Positions 37,451 through 47,968 of a stretch of 64,000 nucleotides of DNA are shown here, piece by piece; positions within the stretch are counted from its first letter, which is position 1, and each line of letters opens with the position of its first letter. The stretch spans positions 66,671-130,670 of the forward strand of contig NW_015160330.1 of assembly GCF_001447785.1 (NCBI RefSeq), written 5' to 3'. This DNA comes from Gekko japonicus. Its lineage: Eukaryota. Position numbers and translations under genes: made by a program. The notes beneath the pieces were generated by a model, which searched no databases, was not told the DNA's origin, and saw only the letters and a program-made list of their open reading frames with translations.

Positions 37451-38299
37451 GCCAGGAGGAAACCCGGATTCTTCTCTGCAGGAAAGACCTCTTGTTGCCT
37501 CCGCCCTGCTGCTCCTCCGAGGGGGAAGGAGTCCCAGGGGAGATGGTTTCCTCGGGTCGGTTCCCCTTGGAAGAAGGAGGAGGCGGAAGCCCTGGGGGAG
37601 CCTCCTAGTGTGGTACTCTTGGCTTTCACGAAGGAGCTGAGCAGGGGCAGCAGCCAGAGGAGTTCCCCCAGAGGAGCAGGTTCCCTGCCCCGCATCAGAG
37701 GCCCACAGGGAGCGTTTCTGCGTCAAATCCTTCAGCCAGAGCTCAGCCTGTCTTCCTTCCTCTCCTGATCTCAGCTGCTGCTGGTTCTTCACAGGGACAC
37801 ATTCCTGCCCCTTCTCCTCTGCTGGGCTCTCAGACAAGGTTCTTGCCCAACACCTCTGGCCTGTCGGAGAGACGCCTACAAGGGTCCAGGGCTCACCCCT
37901 CCCTCTTGTCCTTCTGGGGTTTCCCTGAAGAATTGGCCCCGAGGACAGATGGAGCCAATGTGGTGGGAGGCTTAGCCTGTGAACATCCTTCAAAGCACCA
38001 AACAGAGACCCTGAACTCTCCCAGAGAACCCTGGAGGCATATCTCAAACACCGTGGTTTGCAATATAGAAAACTGATATTGCACCTGGTCTACGGACCCT
38101 TTTGTTCTGATGCACCAGGGCAATTCTCGTGTGTCTCCTGAGCATGTGAAGGTTTGTGATGCTCAGTGGTGATTCTCCATCCTCTTTGATTTCCCATGTG
38201 ACTGTCTTCCCCCCCCCCAGTGAAGCCCCTCTTCATAGCCAAGTGACTGATGGCATCTTACAGAGGTATCACCCACAGACTCAAGAGAAGGGGAGAGAG

Positions 38300-38722
38300 A
38301 TGGACGAGCAGATCCCAGAAGGACCTGGAAGTGGCAAGACAGCAAGGAAAGGCCCCCATCCCACCCAAGCTGGGAGTGGTGCTGAATTCTGGGAAGGCCT
38401 GGTGCCAGAGATCCACTCTCAGCTCACTGCAATCCCAGATGTACATTGCCGACGCTTCTGGCAGTTCCGCTACCGTGAGGCCGATGGGCCCCGAGAGGTT
38501 TGCAGCCAGCTCCATGGACTTTGCAGCCACTGGCTGGAGCCGGAGAGGCGCACCAAGAAGCAGATCCTGGACCTGGTGACCCTGGAGCAGTTCCTGACTC
38601 TCCTGCCCCAGGAAATGCAGGGCTGGGTCAGAGGGTGTGGGCCGGAGACCAGTTCCCAGGCGGTGGCCCTGGCCGAAGGTTTCCTCCTGAGTCAGGCCGA
38701 GGAGAAGAGGCAGGCAGAACAG
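38300..38722 (+). CDS. SCAN-domain exon, copy 1 (partial ZSCAN/ZKSCAN-type duplicate)
   Basis: [60 protein letters not shown]...[12 protein letters not shown] is a SCAN box. The exon ends CAG|GTGAGG. Confidence 0.9.
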
Positions 38723-38859
38723 GTGAGGGGATTCCAGAGACTTTCTTATCTCTCCAGGTCTGCTGCTGGAAGGGTGCAGAGTCTGGGAGTGGGGCAGGAT
38801 CCATTCCTTGGTCCCTTTTCCATTCCATCTCTTACCCCTCTCCCTCGCTGCTGTTTCAG

Positions 38860-38974
38860 ACGTGGGGACCCTCCATGAAGATAGAAGCGACATCCCCTGA
38901 GGCAGAAGGAGCTTCCTTGGAGCAAGGACAGAGGGCACAGGCCGTGGAGCGTGCCCAAGTTGCCCTCTCCAGTG
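38860..38974 (+). CDS. Linker exon 2 of SCAN gene copy 1
   Basis: tttcag acceptor and G|gtaagg donor, 115 bp, open in phase 0 ([17 protein letters not shown]...). Paralogous to 52174-52288. Confidence 0.7.
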
Positions 38975-39519
38975 GTAAGGACTCATCGTGCCTGGGTGCG
39001 ATTGGGGCACAGCGTGAATTTGATGGGTAGAGAGTTCAGAAACGCTTCTTTACACAACACACTGTTAATTTGTGGCACTCCATGTCCGTTAACTGTGATG
39101 CCTCCAAAAGGAGATTAGACATATTCTTCGAGGGCAATTCCTCCCATTAGTTTGAATAGTCATATCTCACCTTCCTTCCGTAAGAGGAGCTCAAGGTAGC
39201 TCACAAGAGAAAAGGTAGACAAACCTCGGCAGAGCTATTCAACCTGGGGGATAAAGGGAGCCTCCACCTTCTGGGGCAGCAGAGCGCTGAAAATCAGTTT
39301 CTCGGGTCCCATAATAATTGGAAAATTTGGCTTCTGTGCCCAAGCTTACAAGGACATCTGGCGGGCTGCTCTGGGAAGTCGGATGCTGGAGTAGGGATCG
39401 TAGGGGGTGGCTTCCCCCCCCCCAGGAGCTTTGGGGAGGGCCTTTGGGAAAGGCTTGGGGCAGATGTGGTGTCAGTTTGGTGTTTTGTCTGGCTGAAAAC
39501 CTGGTTGTGACGTTCGCAT

Positions 39520-39893
39520 GCTTCCATGACTTCTATTTGCCAAGGAGCGATGGATCCTGATGCCATGATCTTAGTTTTTTTGATGTTGAGCTTCAAGCCA
39601 ATTTTTGCGCTCTCCTCTTTCACGAAGAGCAAGAGGCTCTTTAGGTCCTCCTCACTTTGCATATCTGAGGTTGTTGATGTTTTCCCCGGGCCATCTTAAT
39701 TCCATTTTGTGATTCATCCAGGTTGGCATTTCGTATGATGTACTCTGCATATAAATTAAATAAACAGGGTGACAGTATACATCCTTTTCATACTCCTTTT
39801 CCTATGCTAAACCAATCAGTTGTTCCATATTTAGTTCTGTCACTTCTTGACCCTTATACAGGTTTCTCAAGAGACATGTGAGGTGGTCTGGTA
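39520..39893 (-). mobile_element. Degraded BovB RT fragment, inverted relative to the full-length copy
   Basis: Reverse-strand translations VPDHLTCLLRNLYKGQE and SEEDLKSLLLFVKEESAKIGLKLNIKKTK match the BovB ORF at ~42400-42800, with indels. Confidence 0.85.
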
Positions 39894-40184
39894 CCGAGAA
39901 AAGTAGGGTTGCCAAGTCTGGCCCACAAGCCGGCGGTGGACTTACAAGGAGGCTCGAAGAGAGGGGAGGGAAGAAGCGTGACGTTCCTATGCCCCCTCCA
40001 GGTGACGTACACGTCAGGGATGTCAGTGACGTGCCTACATCACCCGAAAGTGACATACACATATTGGTGACATCGTGGGGGCTACACTCTGTTTTGGGGG
40101 CAAAACTCTATGGTTTGAAGCTAATTCTACCATAGAGTTTTGTCCAGAGTGTCACCAGATGTTAGGCACTTTTATGTAGTGGCC

Positions 40185-43100
40185 CATCACTTGTGGCCCC
40201 TCATGGATCACTGCCTTGTCGTGGCGAGGGGGCTTGCGCAGTTCAATGAAGCTGTGGGCTATGCCGTGAAGGGCCACCCAAGACGGACAGGCCACAGCAG
40301 AGAACTCAGACCAAGCGTGATCCACCTGGAGAAGGAAATGGCAACCCACTCCAGTATTTTTGCCAAGAAAACCCCATGGACAGTATCAAAAGGCTAAAAG
40401 ATATGACGCCGGAAGATGAGCCCCTCAGGTCGGAAGGTGTCCAATATGCTACTGAGGAAGAGCAGAGGACAAGTACAAGTAACCCCAGAAAGAGTGAAGC
40501 GGCTGGGCCAAAGCCGAAAGGACGCTCAGTTGTGGATGTGTCTGATGGTGAAAGGAAAGTCCGATGCTGCAAAGAACAATACTGCATAGGAACCTGGAAT
40601 GTAAGATCTATGAATCAAGGTAAGCTTGACGTGGTCAAAAATGAGATGGCAAGACTGAACATCGATATCCTAGGAATCAGTGAACTAAAGTGGACAGGAA
40701 TGGGCGAATTTAACTCAGAAGACCATTATATCTACTACTGTGGCCAGGAATCTCGTAGAAAAAATGGTGTGGCCTTTATAGTCAACAAGAGAGTGCAAAA
40801 GGCAGTACTGGGATACAATCTCAAAAATGACAGAATGATTTCTGTCCGATTCCAAGGCAAACCATTCAACATCACAGTAATTCAAGTGTATGCCCCAACC
40901 ACTGATGCAGAAGAGGCTGAAGTGGACCGGTTCTATGAAGACCTACAACACCTCCTAGAACTAACACCAAAAAATGATGTCCTCATCATCATAGGGGACT
41001 GGAATGCTAAAGTAGGAAGTCAAAAGGTAACTGGAATAACAGACAAGTTTGGCCTTGGAAAGCAAAATGAAGCAGGGCAAAGGTTAACAGAGTTTTGTCA
41101 AGAGAACACACTGGTCATAGCGAACACCCTTTTCCAACAACCTAAGAGGCGACTCTACACATGGACATCACCAGATGGGCAACACCGAAATCAGATTGAC
41201 TATATAATTTGCAGTCAAAGATGGAGAAGCTCTATCCAGTCAGTAAAAACAAGACCTGGAGCTGACTGTGGTTCAGATCATGAGCTACTCATTGCAAAAT
41301 TCAGACTTAAACTGAAGAAAATTGGGAAAACCACGAGGCCATTCAGGTTTGACCTAGATCGCATCCCTGATGAATATACAGTAGAGGTGAAGAATAGATT
41401 CAAGGGTCTGGATTTGATAGATAGAGTGCCTGAAGAACTATGGACAGAGGTTCGTGACATCGTACAGGAGGCAGCAATCACCACCATCCCAAAGAAAAAG
41501 AAATGTAAGAAAGCAAAGTGGCTTTCTGATGAGGCTTTACAAATAGCAGAGGAAAGAAGGAAAGCGAAAGGCAAAGGCGAAAAGGAAAGATTTACCCAAC
41601 TGAACGCAGATTTCCAGAGAACAGCAAGGAGAGATAAGGAGGCCTTCCTGAATGAACAGTGCAAAGTAATAGAAGAAAACAATAGAATGGGAAGGACTAG
41701 AGATCTCTTCAAGAAAATTGGAGAAATCAAGGGAGCGTTCCATGCAAAGCTGGCCATGATAAAGGACAAAAACGGTAGGGACCTAACAGAAGCAGAAGAG
41801 ATTAGGAAAAGATGGCAAGAATACACAGAAGAACTATACAAGAAAGACCTCGATGTCCTTGACAACCACGACGGTATAATCACTGACCTCGAGCCAGACA
41901 TCCTGGAATGTGAAGTTAAATGGGCCTTAGAAAGCATTACTAACAACAAAGCTAGTGGAGGTGATGGTATTCCAGCTGAGCTATTCAAAGTCTTAGAAGA
42001 TGATGCTGTTAAAGTTCTGCACTCCATTTGCCAGCAAATTTGGAAAACGCAACAGTGGCCACAGGATTGGAAAAGGTCAGTATACATTCCAATCCCAAAG
42101 AAGGGCAATGCCAAGGAATGTTCAAACTATCGCACAATTGCACTCATATCACACGCTAGCAAGGTCATGCTCAAGATCCTACAAGCTAGGCTTCAACAGT
42201 ACGTGGATAGAGAACTACCAGAAGTACAAGCTGGGTTTCGAAGAGGTAGAGGAACTAGAGATCAAATTGCCAACATTCGCTGGATTATGGAGAAAGCAAG
42301 AGAGTACCAGAAAAATATCTACTTCTGCTTCATTGACTATGCTAAAGCTTTTGACTGTGTGGATCACAACAAACTATGGCAGGTCCTTAAAGAGATGGGA
42401 GTACCAGACCACCTCACATGTCTCTTGAGAAACCTGTATAAGGGCCAAGAAGCGACAGTTAGAACCGGATATGGAACAACTGATTGGTTCAGCATAGGAA
42501 AAGGAGTACGACAAGGATGTATATTGTCACCTTGCTTATTTAATATATATGCAGAGTACATCATGCGAAATGCTGGCCTGGATGAATCACAAGCGGGAAT
42601 TAAGATTGCTGGGGAAAAGATCAACAACCTCAGATATGCAGACGATACCACTCTAATGGCAGAAAGTGAAGAGGACCTAAAGAGCCTCTTGCTCAGGGTA
42701 AAAGAGGAGAGCGCAAAAGTGGGCTTGAAGCTCAACATCAAAAAAACTAAGATCATGGCATCCGGCCCCATCACTCCTTGGCAAATAGAAGGGGAAGTCG
42801 TGGAAGTAGTGACAGACTTCACGTTCCTGGGATCCCAGATCACCGCAGACTGTGACAGCAGCCATGAAATTAAAAGATGCCTGCTCCTTGGGAGGAAAGC
42901 GATGGCGAACCTAAACAGCATGATAAAAAGTAGAGACATCACCCTGCCAACAAAAGTCCGCATGGTCAAAGCAATGGTATTCCCAGTAGTCATGTATGGC
43001 TGTGAGAGTTGGACTATAAGGAAGGCCGAGCGCCGAAGAATAGATTCTTTTGAACTATGGTGCTGGAGGAGACTCTTGAGAGTCCCTTGGACTGCAAGAA

Positions 43101-43415
43101 GAACAAATCAGTCAATCCTCAAAGAAATCAACCCTGACTGTTCCCTGGAAGGCCAGATAATGAAACTGAAGCTCAAATACTTTGGCCACCAAATGAGAAG
43201 GGAGCACTCACTGGAGCAGACCCTGATGCTGGGAAAGATTGAAGGTCAAAGAAGACGGGGACGGCAAAGGATGAGATGGTTGGACAGTGTCATCGACGCA
43301 ACGAACATGAAATTGAGCAAACTTCAGAGGATGGCAGAAGACAGGAAGGCCTGGCATGATCTGGTCCATGGGGTCGCGAAGAGTCGGACTCGACTGTGCG
43401 ACTGAACAACAACAA
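40185..43415 (+). mobile_element. Full-length BovB (RTE-clade LINE)
   Basis: BovB-type 5' UTR (catggatcactgccttgtcgtgg...), a single long ORF and the 3' end ggggtcgcgaagagtcggactcgactgtgcgactgaa(caa)n. The 5' boundary is approximate. Confidence 0.93.
40376..43405 (+). CDS. BovB APE endonuclease plus reverse transcriptase ORF, 1009 aa, uninterrupted
   Basis: APE motifs GTWNVRS, GDWNA, QIDYI, SDH and RT motifs FIDYAKAFD, QGCILSP, YADDT. Confidence 0.95.
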   Translation: MDSIKRLKDMTPEDEPLRSEGVQYATEEEQRTSTSNPRKSEAAGPKPKGRSVVDVSDGERKVRCCKEQYCIGTWNVRSMNQGKLDVVKNEMARLNIDILGISELKWTGMGEFNSEDHYIYYCGQESRRKNGVAFIVNKRVQKAVLGYNLKNDRMISVRFQGKPFNITVIQVYAPTTDAEEAEVDRFYEDLQHLLELTPKNDVLIIIGDWNAKVGSQKVTGITDKFGLGKQNEAGQRLTEFCQENTLVIANTLFQQPKRRLYTWTSPDGQHRNQIDYIICSQRWRSSIQSVKTRPGADCGSDHELLIAKFRLKLKKIGKTTRPFRFDLDRIPDEYTVEVKNRFKGLDLIDRVPEELWTEVRDIVQEAAITTIPKKKKCKKAKWLSDEALQIAEERRKAKGKGEKERFTQLNADFQRTARRDKEAFLNEQCKVIEENNRMGRTRDLFKKIGEIKGAFHAKLAMIKDKNGRDLTEAEEIRKRWQEYTEELYKKDLDVLDNHDGIITDLEPDILECEVKWALESITNNKASGGDGIPAELFKVLEDDAVKVLHSICQQIWKTQQWPQDWKRSVYIPIPKKGNAKECSNYRTIALISHASKVMLKILQARLQQYVDRELPEVQAGFRRGRGTRDQIANIRWIMEKAREYQKNIYFCFIDYAKAFDCVDHNKLWQVLKEMGVPDHLTCLLRNLYKGQEATVRTGYGTTDWFSIGKGVRQGCILSPCLFNIYAEYIMRNAGLDESQAGIKIAGEKINNLRYADDTTLMAESEEDLKSLLLRVKEESAKVGLKLNIKKTKIMASGPITPWQIEGEVVEVVTDFTFLGSQITADCDSSHEIKRCLLLGRKAMANLNSMIKSRDITLPTKVRMVKAMVFPVVMYGCESWTIRKAERRRIDSFELWCWRRLLRVPWTARRTNQSILKEINPDCSLEGQIMKLKLKYFGHQMRREHSLEQTLMLGKIEGQRRRGRQRMRWLDSVIDATNMKLSKLQRMAEDRKAWHDLVHGVAKSRTRLCD

Positions 43416-43490
43416 AGTCGGGGTGGAGGCGAGGAGACTTTCAAGTGTCAACCCCAATACTCCAGTGGCCACCTTTGCAGTGTCAATCCA

Positions 43491-43565
43491 GGAAGGCATG
43501 GCGTGATCTGGTCCATGGGGTCGCGAAGAGTCGGACTCGACTGTGCGACTGAACAACAAAAAAAT
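43491..43565 (+). mobile_element. Second short BovB 3' end
   Basis: Near-identical to 43343-43412 (gatctggtccatggggtcgcgaagagtcggactcgactgtgcgactgaacaac). Confidence 0.85.
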
Positions 43566-43958
43566 AGGTAAAGATTCCTTTTTCTGTCTAACCTTCAAAG
43601 CATCAGTTTTTGTCAAAATGTTCTTTAAATTCTTAGATCTCCTATAAGAGATAATAGGTTTATCCTGGCAACCAGGCAAGTCTGAAATTAAATGCCAATT
43701 TCGAAGAATAATATGTTTTATAGGCCCTGCCAGATGGGAAAATTCCGAACTGCAAAAGATACCTCCTCTCTCTCTTCTGATCTTATACTTTAACAATAAA
43801 TTCCTATCCATTTTATAGGCCCTCACTTTGGAATCCCAGATAGTGTGTCGAGGATAACCTCTAGCAATTAATTGTTGTTCTAATACCCTGCTGTCTTTTA
43901 AAAAATCCAAACTCTCAGAAGAATTACGTTTAAGTCTAAGATATTGTCCATAAGGTAG
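43566..43958 (-). mobile_element. Penelope-like element fragment (RT thumb/linker region)
   Basis: The minus strand reads LPYGQYLRLKRNSS...ARGYP...ILRNWHLI...PIISYRRSKNLKNIL, characteristic of the PLE region between RT and GIY-YIG. Confidence 0.7.
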
Positions 43959-45552
43959 ATGGACACCCCTGGGGGTGGGGTGGGGTGAAGCTTGCAGTGC
44001 CCGGCCAATTCAAGTTTTCCTAGGCTCAGAGCATTTTATATTTTTAGTTTCTGCTGTGATCCTTGTATTTCTTCTTGATCTTTTATTTTAAAAACTGCAT
44101 TGCCAAAAAAATATCACAAGCGTTCTAAGCATGTCTGTATTTTAATTTTAAAAATAATATCTTTAATTGTGGCTCCGGTCACACGGAGCAGTAGCCACGC
44201 TACTGTGACGGAAGATAGGCGGATTTTCCGGGCGCGATCTCACCGCCACATCTGGGAAGCGTAGATCTCCCGTGGCGAACCTGAGGCTTCACTCTGAAGA
44301 TGTGCGGTTAAAAACTAGTACCTTGGAGGTACTAGTTTCCGGAAACCGCGGGGCAAGGGCAGGCGTCTGATTGCGTTTCCGGTGGCATCTGGTGCCCGCC
44401 CATGCCCCATTGCGAAAAGGTGGGTTTTTTCGAAGTCTCCAGGGATGGGCAGAAGCACCCAACGGGGCATGCGCAAACTTCAGGCTACAAAAAAATTCCC
44501 ACAACCCCGTTTGCTGTGCCGCACCACTTCTTTGGCGCATCGATGATCGGCACCTCCCCCCTAACCACGGGACCTCGATGGGACCACGAGGGGACGCCTG
44601 ATCGGGGCAAACAGCCATGCTTCCCCCCCGCAATATCCGGCCCGTGTGGCGGGCCTGTGTTTGTCTCTATCCTTTATAAAGTTCATATCTCCACTACCTG
44701 GCATTACATTTTTGACACACATGGCCCAGCCCGACAAAGTCCCATTCATGTCAGCTCTGGCCCTCATAACAAAAGAGTTTGACACCCCTGGGTTACAGCT
44801 CTTTAAAGCGATTCTTATTTGTATCTGGTAAATCAGATGTTATGTTTTCTTTTCTGTGCTTTGCAGAGATTTTGAATGAGTTGGGCTTCATTAAATGTGT
44901 CTAAGGTTAGTGTGGCATGTCTTTTTTCAGTTGTGTATAGAATTCCAAATAAGAAATCCTCTTGCAGATGCTTGAGACTCACACCTGAATGAACCCGACC
45001 CAGTATGACCCCATTCATGATGTGGGTCAGGTGAGTTCAAGGGCCAGAGTGTTGGGTTACGGACTTGGTGGATCTGGGTTCAGATCCTCAGTAGGCTTGG
45101 GAGGTCTGTGGATGCCCTTTAGCCGGTCACATTTCCAGGCTAAGATAGTTGTGAGGATTAAATGTTTGTGTGTGGGGGGGTCTTCTTCAAAGAGATGTGT
45201 TTGATTGGTGCAGAAATCTCAGGAATTCTGTATTTATTTATTTATTTATATCCAAGTGGGAACCGGCAAGGACTAATGAACTGCATCTCATTCCCCCCCC
45301 TCCAGCAGTATGTCATATTTCCCTTTGCTGAAAGACCCCGTAACACCCAGCCTGTATTTTCCTGCCCCTCCGTCTTCTGCTTTCCCTCTTTCCCCCTCCA
45401 GCATCCTCTGCCTGGGAAAACTATGGCCCAGTTCTGTGAGGGTGCCGGCCACTGGGCCAGGCCGACCTGCATGGTAGGGAGCCCTCAAGGACTTGGGTGG
45501 GAGAATGTCATTTTCCCCTTTGCCCCCCTCCCACTATTTCTTCTTTTCCTCC

Positions 45553-45834
45553 TAGGCTTGCCAAGTCCCCCCGGGGGGCAGGGGAACCCCCGCCCCAGAG
45601 GCCCGTTATCCGCCGCCAGCAGATCGGGCCCTGGGGGGAACCCCACCCCCAAAGCACGTGACGTGCCCGACGTCAGCACGTCACCCGGAAGTGACGCAGC
45701 CACGCTGGGCGCGCCGGGGGCAGGGCCGATGCGGCCGTGTCACTTCCGGAAAACGTGGTTGTGGTGCACATGCGCGCTCCAAGACCACACCGGGAGTCCC
45801 CCGCCGCGGCAACAACGAGGACTTGGCAACCCTA
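45553..45834. mobile_element. hAT-type MITE, family D, TSD TTTCCTCC, CpG-rich
   Basis: TIRs TAGGCTTGCCAAGTCC / GGACTTGGCAACCCTA with tttcctcc on both flanks. Confidence 0.8.
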
Positions 45835-46642
45835 TTTCCTCCTCTTGGCAGCCCCCCATATCCTCTCCCCTTTCTCTGCTCTCCTCTTCGGCAACATTTA
45901 TCCTTCCTTTATTTGTTCCCTGGCTTTCCCCACAGTGGGGACCAAAGGAACTTGCATCATTCTCATCTGCTCCTTCTTCTCCTGACAACAACCCTGTGAA
46001 GTCGGTTACACTGAAAGTGTGGGACTGGCCCAAAATCACCCAGTGAGTTCCCACAGCACGAAGGGGGTCTCAGACCTGAGTCTCTGAGATGGTGCTCCGT
46101 AGCTGTATCCAGGACAGCGTACTGACTTTCCTGGGGCGCCTGCTGTTGANNNNNNNNNNNNNNNNNNNNNNNNNNNNNNNNNNNNNNNNNNNNNNNNNNN
46201 NNNNNNNNNNNNNNNNNNNNNNNNNNNNNNNNNNNNNNNNNNNNNNNNNNNNNNNNNNNNNNNNNNNNNNNNGCATCACAGCTGAACTCTGGACAACACA
46301 GATCAGTTCCCCCGGAGAAAATGGCTGCTTTGGAGGGTGGATTCCCTGGCATCATAAATGCTAAGCCACCGTTTGGGATCAGGTGTGGGAGACTGGCTGA
46401 GAGCGAACGAACTGTAGCTAATCCCTGAAAAGACGGGGGCAATGTTGGTTGGGAAGGTGGAGATCCTGAATGATGACATCCCCCCCCCCCCCTTCTGGTT
46501 GGAGTTGGGTGGACCCCTTGCTTCCGNNNNNNNNNNNNNNNNNNNNNNNNNNNNNNNNNNNNNNNNNNNNNNNNNNNNNNNNNNNNNNNNNNNNNNNNNN
46601 NNNNNNNNNNNNNNNNNNNNNNNNNNNNNNNNNNNNNNNNNN

Positions 46643-46795
46643 TGATACGGCTGACCTGGCCACCTGGATCCACGCCACGGTGACGTCCAGACTAGACTGC
46701 TGTGATGCCCTGTCCATGGGTCTTCCCTCAGAATCCATTCAGAAACTCCAGTTGGTGCAAAATGCCGCGGCTCAGCTATTATCAGGAGCTGGATG
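46643..46795 (+). mobile_element. L2 LINE ORF2 fragment
   Basis: IHATVTSRLDCCDAL.MGLP...QKLQLVQNAAAQLL, a typical L2 post-RT motif. Confidence 0.8.
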
Positions 46796-47968
46796 GATGG
46801 CCCAGGCTCCTCAGGTCTTGGAACCTAAGCAGAGCGGGCCCTGGATTGTACACGAATTGTGACCTGGAGGCAGGCAATGGCCGACCACCCCTGAATGTCC
46901 CTTGCCTTGAAAATCCTGCAGGCTCATCATAAGCCAGCTATGACAGAAAGCAAAGAGTAGGACTCAATGGACAGTGTTCCCAGTGTGTGTGTGGGGGGGG
47001 AGTAAGCAGTGGGGCCCCACAAGGATGGGTATTGGGGCCAAATGTATTTAATGCATTGATACCAATGATCTGGAACGATGGGTGAGCAACCTGGTGGGCA
47101 GATCTGCAGACGGAGGAAGATGGGCAGCCGTGCTGGTCTCTCTGTAGGAGCAGCCGAAAAGAGCAAGAGGCCAGGAGCACCTCAAAGAACATAAGAACAT
47201 AAGAGACGCCAATGTTGGATCAGGCCAAAGGCCCATCCAGTCCAACACTCTGTGTCACACAGTGGCCAGAGAAGACTCATGGAACTTGTGGGGCAGGGGA
47301 TTACGGCATGCGCAGAGCGTCTGAATAATAATGAATTCAGGCGGCAATGCATTTCAATACGATTTTTACCTTTTGCTTTCCTTTTTGCAGCCCCCTAGGA
47401 GGGGGTTAGAGGGAGAGGCTCCACACTTGGAGGGTGGTTACTGGAACCTCTCCCCAACATGCCCACCAAGTTTCAAGAAAATTGGACCAGGGGGTCCAAT
47501 TCTATGGGCCCCCAAACAGGTTGCCCCCATCCCTCCATTTCCCACCATAGAGAACAATGGAGGGATGGGGGCAACCTACACACAGATGCAAAAATACCCC
47601 CCCCCCCAGATTATGAATCCCTGGCGCAGGACCATGATTCCGAAGGATCCTCGTGAATCCTCGGGGGTTTCTGCATCGGGGGTCATCCCACCGCCAAGTC
47701 ACCTATCAAGCCCATCTTGGCCTCTGCTTGCTCCGCAAGAATCACCCATAGGCGGGTTTCCTGGTCAGCCCGGATCCATGATCGATCCACAGATGTTGTC
47801 CACCTCGCATCATGGCCAGGGGTTCCTGGCACTGCGGGGGGGGGGGGACCGGGGACCCTCTGGAATCAGAACGGATCTCCAGGCGAGGGAGGTCATCTCA
47901 GGCCCCCCCCCACAAAGGTAGGGTTCCCAAGTAATTACCAGGATCTGGTGGGGGACACATGCTCCCAG

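Larger units (their letters stand above)
37320..39510 (+). repeat. Segmental duplication, copy 1 (pairs with ~50500-53092)
   Basis: Colinear high similarity across the 5' flank, SCAN exon, exon 2 and intron. Confidence 0.9.

Noticed and set aside
36349-37768. Long ORFs here and at 49036-51238
   Set aside because: Their length comes from N-gaps and low-complexity GC sequence.
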